From Patescibacteria group bacterium (GTDB lineage Bacteria; Patescibacteriota; Minisyncoccia; Sungbacterales; HO2-52-23), in the NCBI GenBank assembly GCA_038063315.1, contig JBBTVI010000008.1, positions 1-62,159 on the forward strand: a DNA stretch of 62,159 bases, read 5' to 3'. The stretch's first letter is position 1. Every line of letters begins with the position of its first letter. Positions 42,242 to 51,251 of the stretch are shown here, piece after piece. The notes under the pieces were generated by a model. The model was not told where the DNA came from. It made no database searches and saw only the letters and a list, made by a program, of their open reading frames with translations. The position numbers and the translations under genes are program-made.

Positions 42242-44017
42242 TTACGCCACTTCACTATTATAACACGCTTCGCAATACACAATTTCCTTCCGGTCGGGGG
42301 CATACGAGGTTTCAAATTCATTTGGACAATGGGCAGAACCGTGAGCATGCGGAGTTTGATTGGTATAGACGCCGTTGTCGGAATTCTTCCCCGAGCAGTG
42401 ACAAGTTCGTTGCCATCGGCGTATGGGGTGCGGCTGTTCTTTGAGCACTGCGTCTATCCGACAATAGAAACATTCACGCGGTATGGGTACGTTCATTTTC
42501 TTATAGAACGCGATCTCTTGCGGGATAACACGATATGCCCTGTTGCATCGTGCGCATCCGATGATTTGTCGCAAAAGGGAATCATCCGCGTCCTTGATAT
42601 GATCGGGCAGATCACGCGCCGGGAGGGTCACCGTGTGCGACGCGCGTTCAACGGGTTTCCAGCTATATCCTTCTTCATTGATTTCTTTCTCGGATAATGG
42701 AAAATATGCCTGCGCGATTGTTTCATTATATGAGAAAGGACAAAGTTCAATCGGAAAAAATTCCCCATAGCGATACTCTCTCCCTCGTGTATCGCGATAA
42801 GGTACATCGTTCATCTGCCGGATTATTTTGGGCACCAGCGCTTCATACGCTTCTTTCGTATATTGTTTATTTAGAATGCAATACGATTTCTTCCGTACCC
42901 CGATGCACCCGAAAAGATTCGAACCCCCGATGCAGAGCTTCGTGTAATCGGCATCGTATAAATTGATGCCGGTCTCTTCGCCGAATTTCACATTGTGCGC
43001 ATTCTCGCCCGCCACCAGGCATTCATACATCAATTCCGCATTCGCTCCCCAACTGGTGTAGTCGTAGCTGTCTTTTACGGTGGGACCGAGTATGAAGGAG
43101 ACGTATTTGCAATTCTCCGCACCGATCACCTCGAAACATTGCTTGCAATTTTTCGATTGGAACACAAAGAGACCGCTCACGTCGCGCGAGAATTCCTGCC
43201 AGAATGTCTTGACTGGAAATTTCAGCCGATGCGCGCGTCCTTCCTCCTGCAATCGGGTGTATGCCCGATAAGAACCCAGGTCGTATTCCTTCATCTTCCG
43301 GCGATATTCCTCGGGCGAGTACGGCGTATTCAAGATATAGTATTTTTTGTTTCGGAGATTGGCAGAAAGAAAACAGTTTTGGCAATTTGCGCATTGCCAA
43401 AGAAATGCGCAATCGTGGGAGGAAACCGTATATTGGGAGGAAATAACGCGATAATCCTTGTAACAGTGAAACAGATCGTGTGAAAATTCGCATGCATTGA
43501 TGAAGCTGGAGTTGCTGCAGTCCTTGCACTGGGCCAGGATATAGCCGTAGAAGCAATTCTCGTTGTAGTCTGCGGAGAATATGAGATAGCATTGTTTGAG
43601 ATGACCAACGTGATTCGTGTACGGCGACTCGATGGCGCTCTGGAGATCAATGGAAAGGCCCAGCAGCGGGACATCGTGCCAAAGCTCGTTGAATTGCGTA
43701 AAGAACGGCCGGGAAAAGTCATATTCGCGCCCGTATTCGAGCGCGTCCCATTTGTCCGACCACCAGCATTGCGGACAAAACACCCGGTACGTTTTATCAG
43801 GTGAATAGCGCGATAGCACTTCTTTACCGCAAAGATCGCACGTGCGCTTGTACAAAGAAAAGGCGTTGCTAAACGCCAACCTCCTTTGTAGCCGACAACC
43901 CGGGCAAAACGTCGGTGGGGGGACCTTGATCTTTTCGTAAAACACAAAATCCTCCGGCGCGATGGCAAATCCCCGTTCACAGTTTTGACAGATTTTTTGA
44001 TCCATATTTTGCGCCAC
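42242..44017 (-). CDS. large Cys-rich protein with matching N- and C-terminal zinc-ribbon-like modules, function unknown
   Basis: N-terminal CQNCERGFAIAPEDFVFYEKIKVPPPTFCPGCR and C-terminal CARCNRAYRVIPQEIAFYKKMNVPIPRECFYCR; many C-x2-C / NC-x-x-C repeats between. Confidence 0.7.
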   Translation of the reverse strand: MAQNMDQKICQNCERGFAIAPEDFVFYEKIKVPPPTFCPGCRLQRRLAFSNAFSLYKRTCDLCGKEVLSRYSPDKTYRVFCPQCWWSDKWDALEYGREYDFSRPFFTQFNELWHDVPLLGLSIDLQSAIESPYTNHVGHLKQCYLIFSADYNENCFYGYILAQCKDCSNSSFINACEFSHDLFHCYKDYRVISSQYTVSSHDCAFLWQCANCQNCFLSANLRNKKYYILNTPYSPEEYRRKMKEYDLGSYRAYTRLQEEGRAHRLKFPVKTFWQEFSRDVSGLFVFQSKNCKQCFEVIGAENCKYVSFILGPTVKDSYDYTSWGANAELMYECLVAGENAHNVKFGEETGINLYDADYTKLCIGGSNLFGCIGVRKKSYCILNKQYTKEAYEALVPKIIRQMNDVPYRDTRGREYRYGEFFPIELCPFSYNETIAQAYFPLSEKEINEEGYSWKPVERASHTVTLPARDLPDHIKDADDSLLRQIIGCARCNRAYRVIPQEIAFYKKMNVPIPRECFYCRIDAVLKEQPHPIRRWQRTCHCSGKNSDNGVYTNQTPHAHGSAHCPNEFETSYAPDRKEIVYCEACYNSEVA

Positions 44018-44024
44018 CTTTTTC

Positions 44025-45035
44025 TTACCGCTTCGTCATGATGCTTCTCTTGTAGACCTCTAAATGTTCAAGCGCGATTCCGGTGCCGCGCGCAACGCAG
44101 AGGAGCGGTTCCTCGGCAACGTGCGCAGGCACGCCTGTTTCCTGGACAATGAGCGCGTCAATGTTGCGGAGAAGCGCGCCGCCGCCGGTGAGCACAATCC
44201 CTTTATCCATGATGTCGGCGGAGAGTTCCGGCGGCGTCTCGTGGAGGACGGTTTTAATCGCGCGGATGATTTCGTCCAATTCTTCCGCAATTGCCGTCGC
44301 GGTCTCGTTTGCCGTGATTTCGATGACTTGGGGAAGGCCGGTCATGAAATTCCTTCCCTTTATTTCCATGACGAGGTGCTTATTGTCCACGGGAATTGCG
44401 GTGCCGATCTGGATTTTAATGTCTTCGGCGGTGCGATCGCCGATGGCGAGGTTATACGTTTTCTTGATATAGTCCGCGATGGCCTGATCCAGTTTGTCTC
44501 CCGCGACTTTGACGGACGTTGCGGTGACGATCCCGCCGAGAGAAATGACGGCCACATCCGTCGTTCCTCCGCCGATGTCCACGACCATGTGTCCGACGGG
44601 CTCGTTGATGGGGATGCCAGCGCCGATTGCGGCGAGGACCGGCTCTTTTACGGGATATACGGCTTTTGCGCCCGCGTGGAGCGCGGCCTCGATGACGGCG
44701 CGTCGCTCGGTTGATGTGACGCCCGCGGGAACCGAGATCATGACGTCCGGACGGAAGAGCCGCACGCGGCCGCCCGCTTTGTCAATAAAGTAGCGGAGCA
44801 TCGCTTCGGTAACGCGGTAGTCCGCAATGACGCCGTCGCGGAGCGGACGGTAGGCGACAATGGTTTCGGGTGTGCGTCCGATCATCTCGCGCGCCTCAAG
44901 TCCGACCGCGAGCACGCGGTTGTCGTCCTGCGAGACCGCAACGACCGACGGCTCGTTTGCGGCCACGCCTTTTTTCGGCACAAAAACGATTGTATTTGCC
45001 GTGCCGAGATCAATTCCGATTTTGCGGATGAACAT
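44025..45035 (-). CDS. mreB: rod shape-determining protein MreB
   Basis: IGIDLGTANTIVF, DIGGGTTDVAV, LTGGGALLRNID. Confidence 0.95.
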   Translation of the reverse strand: MFIRKIGIDLGTANTIVFVPKKGVAANEPSVVAVSQDDNRVLAVGLEAREMIGRTPETIVAYRPLRDGVIADYRVTEAMLRYFIDKAGGRVRLFRPDVMISVPAGVTSTERRAVIEAALHAGAKAVYPVKEPVLAAIGAGIPINEPVGHMVVDIGGGTTDVAVISLGGIVTATSVKVAGDKLDQAIADYIKKTYNLAIGDRTAEDIKIQIGTAIPVDNKHLVMEIKGRNFMTGLPQVIEITANETATAIAEELDEIIRAIKTVLHETPPELSADIMDKGIVLTGGGALLRNIDALIVQETGVPAHVAEEPLLCVARGTGIALEHLEVYKRSIMTKR

Positions 45036-45069
45036 GGTGAGAAGGAGTAAAGAAAGAAATCCTGTTTAT

Positions 45070-45250
45070 GTCATTGCGAGCGACCCCGAGTCTGTCGAGG
45101 GGGAGCGCGGCAATCCATTTTAATCGTCATTGCGAGCCGAAATGGATTGCTTCGTCGTCCTGCAGCAGGACTCCTCGCAATGACGACTCCCTCTGGATTG
45201 CGGAGCCTGTCCCGAGGGAAGCGAGGGATCGTCTGACTCCTCGCAATGAC
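45070..45250. repeat. REP-1 element, copy 8 (four units: B, short, A', C')
   Basis: GTCATTGCGAGCGACCCCGAGTCTGTCGAGGGGGAGCGCGGCAATCC ... GTCATTGCGAGCCGAAATGGATTGCTTCGTCGTCCTGCAGCAGGACTCCTCGCAATGAC ... GGATTGCGGAGCCTGTCCCGAGGGAAGCGAGGGATCGTCTGACTCCTCGCAATGAC. Confidence 0.9.
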
Positions 45251-45254
45251 GATA

Positions 45255-46526
45255 CTACTCGTTACTCTTTACTCGCTCGATGTCCGCGCCCAATGCGCGG
45301 AGACGGCCGTCAATATTTTCGTAGCCGCGATCAATATGATTGATATGCGCGATTGTTGATTCGCCGTCCGCGACAAGGGCGGCGATAACGAGGGTCATGC
45401 CGGAGCGGATGTCCAGACTGTCAATAGGGCAGCCGAAAAGGACTGTGGGTCCGGTGATACGCGCGCGGTGCGGATCCAGAATTTCGCAATTGGCGCCCAT
45501 TTTCTGAAGTTCCTGAAGGTAGCGGAGCCGGTGTTCATACATCCAGTCGTGGATGAGGGACGTTCCCTCGGCCTGCGTTGCGAGGACCGCAAACGGCGGC
45601 AGGTGGTCGGAACCGAGTTTCGGGTACAGGCCCGACTGGATGCGAAATCCTTTGTATCCGGCCGACGGCTTATGGATGCGCATTTCATCATCCGCGAGTG
45701 TGAATTGGACGCCCATTTTTGCAAGTTGGAGAAGTACCGCGTCAAGGTAGTCGCGTCGGATTCCGCGGATGGCCATCTCGGAGCGCGTTGCACCCGCAAG
45801 CGCGGCAAATCCCGATATTTCAAGTTCATCCGGATTGATCCGGTGCGTTGCTCCGTGTAGGCGTGGGACTCCCGCGATTTCAATCCGCGCGATATGCGAC
45901 CACCGGATATCCGCGCCCATCTTTTGGAGGAATAAAATGAGTTCCTGCACGTGCGGTTCGAGCGCTCCGAGAGAGATGACGGTGCGTCCCGGAGCCAGGA
46001 CTGCGGCGAGAATGATGTTTTCCGTTGCGGTTACGCTGGGTTCTGCCATCAGTACGTTGTTTCCTTTGAGTTCTCTCCCGTCCAATTCAATGACGCGTTC
46101 TTCGGAGATTTTCACGCCGAGCGCTTCAAATGCGGCCAGATGCGCGCCGACGGGTCGCGCGCCGATGGCGTCTCCTCCAGGGTAGGGCAATGCGGTCTTT
46201 CGCAATCTGCCCAAAAGCGCGCCCGCAAACAGAATTGATCCGCGTAATTTCCGGGAAAGTGTTTCATCCGGCGCATATCCGGTAAGGTGTTTTGCGGCAA
46301 TCGTTAGGTGGTGTTTGGAGGCGTTCCAGGAAATATCGGCGCCCAGTCCGGCGGCGATGTCCTGCATGGTTTTGACATCGGAAATCGCCGGAACATTTTC
46401 GAGCGTGCATGGTTCATCGGTCAGGAGGCATGCCGCGATAAACGGAAGCGCGGCGTTTTTGGACCCGCGGATTTCAATACTCCCGTTGAGCGGCTTCCCG
46501 CCACGAATAATAAAATGCTCGTCCAT
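45255..46526 (-). CDS. murA: UDP-N-acetylglucosamine 1-carboxyvinyltransferase
   Basis: full-length EPSP-synthase-fold enzyme; GSKNAALP, PGGDAIGARP, DIRSGM. Confidence 0.93.
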   Translation of the reverse strand: MDEHFIIRGGKPLNGSIEIRGSKNAALPFIAACLLTDEPCTLENVPAISDVKTMQDIAAGLGADISWNASKHHLTIAAKHLTGYAPDETLSRKLRGSILFAGALLGRLRKTALPYPGGDAIGARPVGAHLAAFEALGVKISEERVIELDGRELKGNNVLMAEPSVTATENIILAAVLAPGRTVISLGALEPHVQELILFLQKMGADIRWSHIARIEIAGVPRLHGATHRINPDELEISGFAALAGATRSEMAIRGIRRDYLDAVLLQLAKMGVQFTLADDEMRIHKPSAGYKGFRIQSGLYPKLGSDHLPPFAVLATQAEGTSLIHDWMYEHRLRYLQELQKMGANCEILDPHRARITGPTVLFGCPIDSLDIRSGMTLVIAALVADGESTIAHINHIDRGYENIDGRLRALGADIERVKSNE

Positions 46527-46597
46527 ATCTTATGATAACCCGCGTGTTGTGTTAACCGGTTTCTTAAGCACACTATACGCGGCGATAGGTGCGAAGG

Positions 46598-46640
46598 CAA
46601 GAAAAATAAACCACCCTGTACCGGAAGCGCAGGGTGGTTT
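46598..46640 (-). terminator. intrinsic terminator after vapC
   Basis: minus strand: AAACCACCCTG-11 nt-CAGGGTGGTTT followed by ATTTTTCTT. Confidence 0.55.
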
Positions 46641-46673
46641 ATCCTCTTTGATCTTGGTCAAGAGCCAGTTGTG

Positions 46674-47045
46674 TCAAATGTCAATGACTTCCAGTCCGTT
46701 CACTTTTTTGAAGTCGCGGACATTTCGCGTTATCAAAGGAATTTTCTTCATCAACGCACACGCGGCAATGATGCTGTCACCAAGTTTCAGCCGATACGTT
46801 TTTCGCACTGTTGCCGCTTCCAATGTAGTAGAATAATCAAGCGATACAATGACGAAGTAATTCAGCAAGGACTTGAATACGCGCTCCGCTTCCGGAGTTA
46901 GTGCGGGAAATGAGAAGAATTCAACCAAGACCACTGCCGGAAGGAAGAGAGGGGCCTCGCGCGCAAACTGCGCCGTAAGAAAATCCACGACTTTCTTGTC
47001 ACCATTGGCATGATAAATGAGAATGTTGGTATCAACGGTGTACAT
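46674..47045 (-). CDS. vapC: PIN-domain toxin (VapC-like)
   Basis: MYTVDTNILIYH (first acidic residue), later D/E positions, 123 aa. Confidence 0.8.
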   Translation of the reverse strand: MYTVDTNILIYHANGDKKVVDFLTAQFAREAPLFLPAVVLVEFFSFPALTPEAERVFKSLLNYFVIVSLDYSTTLEAATVRKTYRLKLGDSIIAACALMKKIPLITRNVRDFKKVNGLEVIDI

Positions 47046-47304
47046 GAAGCCGAGGAAGAGGCCGATCCCATTCTTTACGAATTTTACGTTGCCACCTCAC
47101 AGGGTCAGGAATCTTCCCTTTTAATATGCCAGCCGCGGCTTTTAGTGAGGCGAGCGCTTTTTTCCGCCTTTCGGGAATAGAACGTTCCAAAATAATCCGA
47201 TTTTGATTGTATTCATGAATTTCGATTTCTGCATTTCTCCACGGAGCAGGAATATACCCAGGTAATATTATTTTCCCGTCCTTAATTTTTAGTGGTGTTG
47301 CCAT
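47032..47304 (-). CDS. putative VapB-type antitoxin
   Basis: 90-aa ORF overlapping vapC start by 14 nt; position is the main evidence. Confidence 0.55.
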   Translation of the reverse strand: MATPLKIKDGKIILPGYIPAPWRNAEIEIHEYNQNRIILERSIPERRKKALASLKAAAGILKGKIPDPVRWQRKIRKEWDRPLPRLHVHR

Positions 47305-47335
47305 GGTTTTCTACTGCTTATGGTGTTTTATCTAG

Positions 47336-47938
47336 TTATCGTTTTCGCCACTGCGGGGCGCGGCGGGCTTTTTTGAGGCCCGGTTTTTTGCGCTCCTTCA
47401 TGCGGGGGTCGCGCGTGAGAAAGCCCGCGCGGCGGAGGCGTTTGCGGAAATCGGGATTGAATTTTGTGAGGCAGCGCGACAGGCCGTGGCGGAACGCTTC
47501 GGCTTGGGCGTGGATTCCGCCCCCGCTGATTTTCGCCGTCACCTTGAATTTGCCCCATAATTTCATTTTCTGCATCGCGTCCTCCACGATTTTCTGGAGT
47601 TCGATGGTGGGGAAATAGACGGTGTGCGGGCGGTCGTTGACGACAAGATCTCCGGGTCTTGTAAAAAGGCGGACGCGGGCAACGGCTGTTTTGCGCCGTC
47701 CGACACCTTCAAAATAGCGTTCGGGTTTCGCGGGCGCGGATTTTTCCGCCGCGCCTGCGACACGTCGCGGGGATTTTGCCGCTACGGGCGCCTTTTCTGG
47801 CTCGCGCTCCTGCGTCTCGCCGCTTGGCGCCGTCTCGGGCTTTGCTGTTTTTTTGCGCGGCGCATCCGCGGTTTTGGTCGCGACCTTACGCTTTCGCGCG
47901 GGTTTTTCCTTTGGATTTTCCGGGGTTTCGTCGTTCAT
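47336..47938 (-). CDS. rpsI: 30S ribosomal protein S9 with about 70-aa Lys/Ala/Pro-rich N-terminal extension
   Basis: GVGRRKTAVARV, GGGIHAQAEAFRHGLSRCL, C-terminal RRAPQWRKR. Confidence 0.9.
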   Translation of the reverse strand: MNDETPENPKEKPARKRKVATKTADAPRKKTAKPETAPSGETQEREPEKAPVAAKSPRRVAGAAEKSAPAKPERYFEGVGRRKTAVARVRLFTRPGDLVVNDRPHTVYFPTIELQKIVEDAMQKMKLWGKFKVTAKISGGGIHAQAEAFRHGLSRCLTKFNPDFRKRLRRAGFLTRDPRMKERKKPGLKKARRAPQWRKR

Positions 47939-47969
47939 GGATGTTGATTATTCGGCTTGGACAAATTTT

Positions 47970-48113
47970 TTAGAAACCGTCTAAAAAGCCTCTTATCCGT
48001 CATTGCGAGCGACCCCGAGTCTGTCGAGGGGGAGCGCGGCAATCCAGTATTTCTGCTGGATTGCTTCGTCGTCCTGCAGCAGGACTCCTCGCAATGACTT
48101 TTTAGACGGTTTA
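47970..48113. repeat. REP-1 element, copy 9, nested inside outer inverted repeat TTAGAAACCGTCTAAAAA / TTTTTAGACGGTTTATTA
   Basis: core 47999-48098 = unit B + reversed unit A. Confidence 0.9.
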
Positions 48114-48127
48114 TTAGCAGCTGGTCT

Positions 48128-48146
48128 GGTGGTTAAACCTCCTCAG
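48128..48146. repeat. GGTGGTTAAACCTCCTCAG motif copy
   Basis: related to 484-498 and 3781-3821. Confidence 0.5.
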
Positions 48147-48155
48147 CTCCATCCG

Positions 48156-48503
48156 TTAGTGCGCATCGCGAAAAATAAGATGACGCAGAAATACTTTGCG
48201 CGATTTGTTTTTCGGAAGCATGCCGCTGACCGCATGGCGCAGAACCGCCGTGGGATCGCGCTTGAGAAGCGATGCGAGCGCCTCCTCTTTCAGCCCACCC
48301 GGATAGCCGGAGTGCCTGCGATAAAGCTTTTGGCGCATTTTGTCGCCTGTCACGCGGATTTTGTTGGCGTTGATCACCGTGACGGTATTGTCCGCCCTTT
48401 TTGCGGGGTCAAACGCGGGCTTATCTTTTCCGCGGAGGACGACGGCAATTTCAGTTGCAAGGCGCCCCAATATTTTGTTTTCGGCATCAAAGGTGTAGTT
48501 CAT
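48156..48503 (-). CDS. rplM: 50S ribosomal protein L13 (short)
   Basis: ILGRLATEIAVVLRGKDKPAFDP, GYPGGLK; start trimmed to MNYTFDAE. Confidence 0.9.
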   Translation of the reverse strand: MNYTFDAENKILGRLATEIAVVLRGKDKPAFDPAKRADNTVTVINANKIRVTGDKMRQKLYRRHSGYPGGLKEEALASLLKRDPTAVLRHAVSGMLPKNKSRKVFLRHLIFRDAH

Positions 48504-48507
48504 CAAG

Positions 48508-48585
48508 ATATGGGGTATGGGGCTTGTATTATGAATTATGGATTGGAGGAATTCCCATAATACATAATACAAAATCCATACTTCA
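48508..48585. repeat. AT-rich palindromic element, copy c
   Basis: GATATGGGGTATGGGGCTTGTATTATGAATTATGGATTGGAGGAATTCCCATAATACATAATACAAAATCCATACTTC; 4 nt upstream of rplM start. Confidence 0.8.
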
Positions 48586-48588
48586 AGG

Positions 48589-48936
48589 TTATTTTACTAG
48601 TTCAATCCTGGCCATTCGCGCGCCGTCGCTTGGACGCGCGTCCATTTTGATAATGCGCGTGTATCCCCCGGGACGTCCGGCCGCGGCCTCGGCGCTCTGA
48701 AAAATTTTTTCAACGACCGCGGATGAAAACCGCGCAATGAGTATTCGTCGGGCCTGCAGCGTTCCGGCTTTGGCGCGGGTGATTGCGCGCTCAACGACCG
48801 GGCGCATTTCTTTGGCTTTGGCCTCGGTGGTGACAATCGCGCCATGGATAAAAAATGAGGAGCCGAGCCCCTTCATCAATGCTGTGCGCTGTTTGGCAAC
48901 GCGCCCGAATTTTCGTCCGCTTTTCCTGTGTCGCAT
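48589..48936 (-). CDS. rplQ: 50S ribosomal protein L17
   Basis: MRHRKSGRKFGR, GGYTRIIK. Confidence 0.92.
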   Translation of the reverse strand: MRHRKSGRKFGRVAKQRTALMKGLGSSFFIHGAIVTTEAKAKEMRPVVERAITRAKAGTLQARRILIARFSSAVVEKIFQSAEAAAGRPGGYTRIIKMDARPSDGARMARIELVK

Positions 48937-48945
48937 GCTTGGGTT

Positions 48946-49920
48946 TTATTGTTTGAGCGTGACTCCGAGGTGTCCGAGCGCTTTCTTGATTTCTTGTATC
49001 GCCTTGTCGCCCACTCCGTCAAGCTCGCGGAGGGTTTCTTCGCGTTTGCGCGCGATCCCCCCGACGGTTTTGATGCCCGCATCAGAAAGAACCTTGAGGA
49101 CGCGTGGTGAAATTTTGAGATCCTCCAGTTTAATTTTTGCCGTATCCGTTTCTTCAGCGGCTTTTTCCGGCTCGGGTTCTCTGGTGTCGGTTTTTTCACG
49201 CGTCGGGATTTTTGCGGCGCGTTCGGGCATGTCGGGCGCGACAACGCGCTCGGTCAGGATTTGAAATTGTTCGACGAGAATGAGCGCCGCGCGCTGGAAT
49301 GCGTCTTCCGGCGTGAGAGATCCGTCCGTCTCAATGGTCAGGCGGACGGTATTATAATCCGTCCGGTCCCCGACGCGCATGTTGTCCACTTCATAATTGA
49401 CGTATCGGACCGGCGAGAATGACGCGTCAAGCGCGACCGTTCCCACCCCGACTTTTTCCTTTGTCCGCGCCTCTGCGGGGACATAGCCAAGTCCTGATTC
49501 GACGACGGCCTCGATCTCAAGGCGCGCGTCTTTTTTTGTCAGCGTCGCGATGTGCGCATCCGGCGTGATGAGCTCGGCCGGAGACGGAATCTTAAAGTCG
49601 CGCGCGGTCACGCTCTTGTCTCCTTTTGCGGTCAGGGTGATCACGACCGGTTCTTCGCCGGGCATCCGGAAACGCAATTGCTTGAGATTAAGCATAATCT
49701 CAATGGCGTCTTCCTGTATACCCTCCATCGCGGAAAATTCATGCTTAACGCCTTCCATCTTAAAAGAAGTGATGACGGCCCCTCTGAGAGACGACAAAAG
49801 AACGCGCCGGAGGCCGTTGCCGATCGTGTGTCCATAGCCGGGATAGAGCGCCTCAATTTCGAAAACGGCGCGATTGCCGGTTTTTTCGATGATACGGGGA
49901 GCGAGTGGAAGAGGAATCAT
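48946..49920 (-). CDS. rpoA: DNA-directed RNA polymerase subunit alpha
   Basis: GYGHTIGNGLRRVLLSS, C-terminal domain LKISPRVLKVLSDAGIKTVG. Confidence 0.95.
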   Translation of the reverse strand: MIPLPLAPRIIEKTGNRAVFEIEALYPGYGHTIGNGLRRVLLSSLRGAVITSFKMEGVKHEFSAMEGIQEDAIEIMLNLKQLRFRMPGEEPVVITLTAKGDKSVTARDFKIPSPAELITPDAHIATLTKKDARLEIEAVVESGLGYVPAEARTKEKVGVGTVALDASFSPVRYVNYEVDNMRVGDRTDYNTVRLTIETDGSLTPEDAFQRAALILVEQFQILTERVVAPDMPERAAKIPTREKTDTREPEPEKAAEETDTAKIKLEDLKISPRVLKVLSDAGIKTVGGIARKREETLRELDGVGDKAIQEIKKALGHLGVTLKQ

Positions 49921-49963
49921 AAGGAGAATGAAAAAGTAAACTTGTTGGACGATTTATTTAATC

Positions 49964-50135
49964 GTCATTGCGAGCGACCCCGAGTCTGCTCGCCTCGCTG
50001 ACGCTATGGCGAAGCGGGTCGAGGGGGAGCGCGGCAATCCATTTCGACCGTCATTGCGAGCCGAAGGTGAAGCAATCCAGAGTTTTTGCGTTATGGATTG
50101 CTTCGTCGTCCTGCAGCAGGACTCCTCGCAATGAC
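49964..50135. repeat. REP-1 element, copy 10 (between rpoA and rpsD)
   Basis: extended unit B, then GTCATTGCGAGCCGAAGGTGAAGCAATCC, spacer, reversed unit A. Confidence 0.9.
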
Positions 50136-50169
50136 ACCTGTGATGGGCTACGCGTGTGCGCGCACATTC

Positions 50170-50787
50170 TTACCGGAAATAAAATTCCTTGATTTTGGCA
50201 AGGTCAGCTCCGAGTTCGGTTGCCTCCATATCGGGGAGGCGCGTCACGGTTCCGGTCCGCGCCTGGGGATCGGCGGACAACCACTGGGGCGGTTCCGGAG
50301 CGCGCCGCGGCTTCATGGCGGCGGCGTCGGTTTTACGCACACGCGCCTTCAGCGCGATCGTGTCCTTGACGCGGACAAGGTAAGAAGCAATGTTGACCTT
50401 GCGGCCGTTGACCAGGACGTTTCCGTGGCTGACGAGCTGGCGCGCATGAGAACGCGAGAGCGCAAGACCCAGGCGGAAGACGATGTTGTCGAGCCGACGT
50501 TCCAGAATCTGAATGAAATTTTTGCCGAATACCCCGCCCTGTTCTGCAGCCGTTTTAGTATACCTCTCAAGGGCTTTATCGTCAAGCCGGTACAGATACC
50601 GGATTTTTTGCTTGGTTCTCGCAAGATCCGAAAATTCGGACGGACTTTTCCTTCCGTGTTTTGTTGCGCGGGGTCCCGGCGGGTAGTTTCTCCGCACGGA
50701 AGCGCATTTCGGCCCAAGACAACGTTCCCCTTTCAGAAAGAGCCGTTCCCCGAGCCGGCGTTCTTTTTTTTCTTTGAGTTGAAGCAT
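50170..50787 (-). CDS. rpsD: 30S ribosomal protein S4
   Basis: LERRLDNIVFRLGLA, ARQLVSHGNVLVNGRKV (S4 domain). Confidence 0.92.
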   Translation of the reverse strand: MLQLKEKKERRLGERLFLKGERCLGPKCASVRRNYPPGPRATKHGRKSPSEFSDLARTKQKIRYLYRLDDKALERYTKTAAEQGGVFGKNFIQILERRLDNIVFRLGLALSRSHARQLVSHGNVLVNGRKVNIASYLVRVKDTIALKARVRKTDAAAMKPRRAPEPPQWLSADPQARTGTVTRLPDMEATELGADLAKIKEFYFR

Positions 50788-50792
50788 TGTAA

Positions 50793-51218
50793 TTACACCC
50801 GTCTCACTTTCTTCGGTCTCGGGCCGTTGTGCGGAACAGGGGTAACGTCTTTGATGGAGGCGATGGGAAAACCGTGGTTTGCGAGCGCGCGTATCGCCGA
50901 GTCGCGTCCGGACCCGACTCCGCTGACCCGGATATTCATCCTCTCAAATTGCATTTTTTTCGTTTTTTCCACAAGGGCTTCGACAACGCGCGCCGCAGCG
51001 AACGGGGTTGCTTTTTTGGCGCCGGAAAACCCTAGAGCGCCCGCAGAAGACCACGCGACAAGACCGCCCTTATCGTCGGTAATGGAGATTTTTGTGTTAT
51101 TGTAGGTGGCCTGGATATGCGCGATGGCGTACGGCACAGCGCCACGCGCTTTTGTCGCGGTGCTTTTTTGTTGCCCGGTCGTATCTCCGCTTTTTTGTAT
51201 GACGCGTTTTTTACCCAT
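50793..51218 (-). CDS. rpsK: 30S ribosomal protein S11
   Basis: IAHIQATYNNTKISITD, GFSGAKKATPFAA, DVTPVPHNG. Confidence 0.95.
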   Translation of the reverse strand: MGKKRVIQKSGDTTGQQKSTATKARGAVPYAIAHIQATYNNTKISITDDKGGLVAWSSAGALGFSGAKKATPFAAARVVEALVEKTKKMQFERMNIRVSGVGSGRDSAIRALANHGFPIASIKDVTPVPHNGPRPKKVRRV

Positions 51219-51251
51219 AAGTTAAAAATTCAAAAGTGACGCATTCCATGC

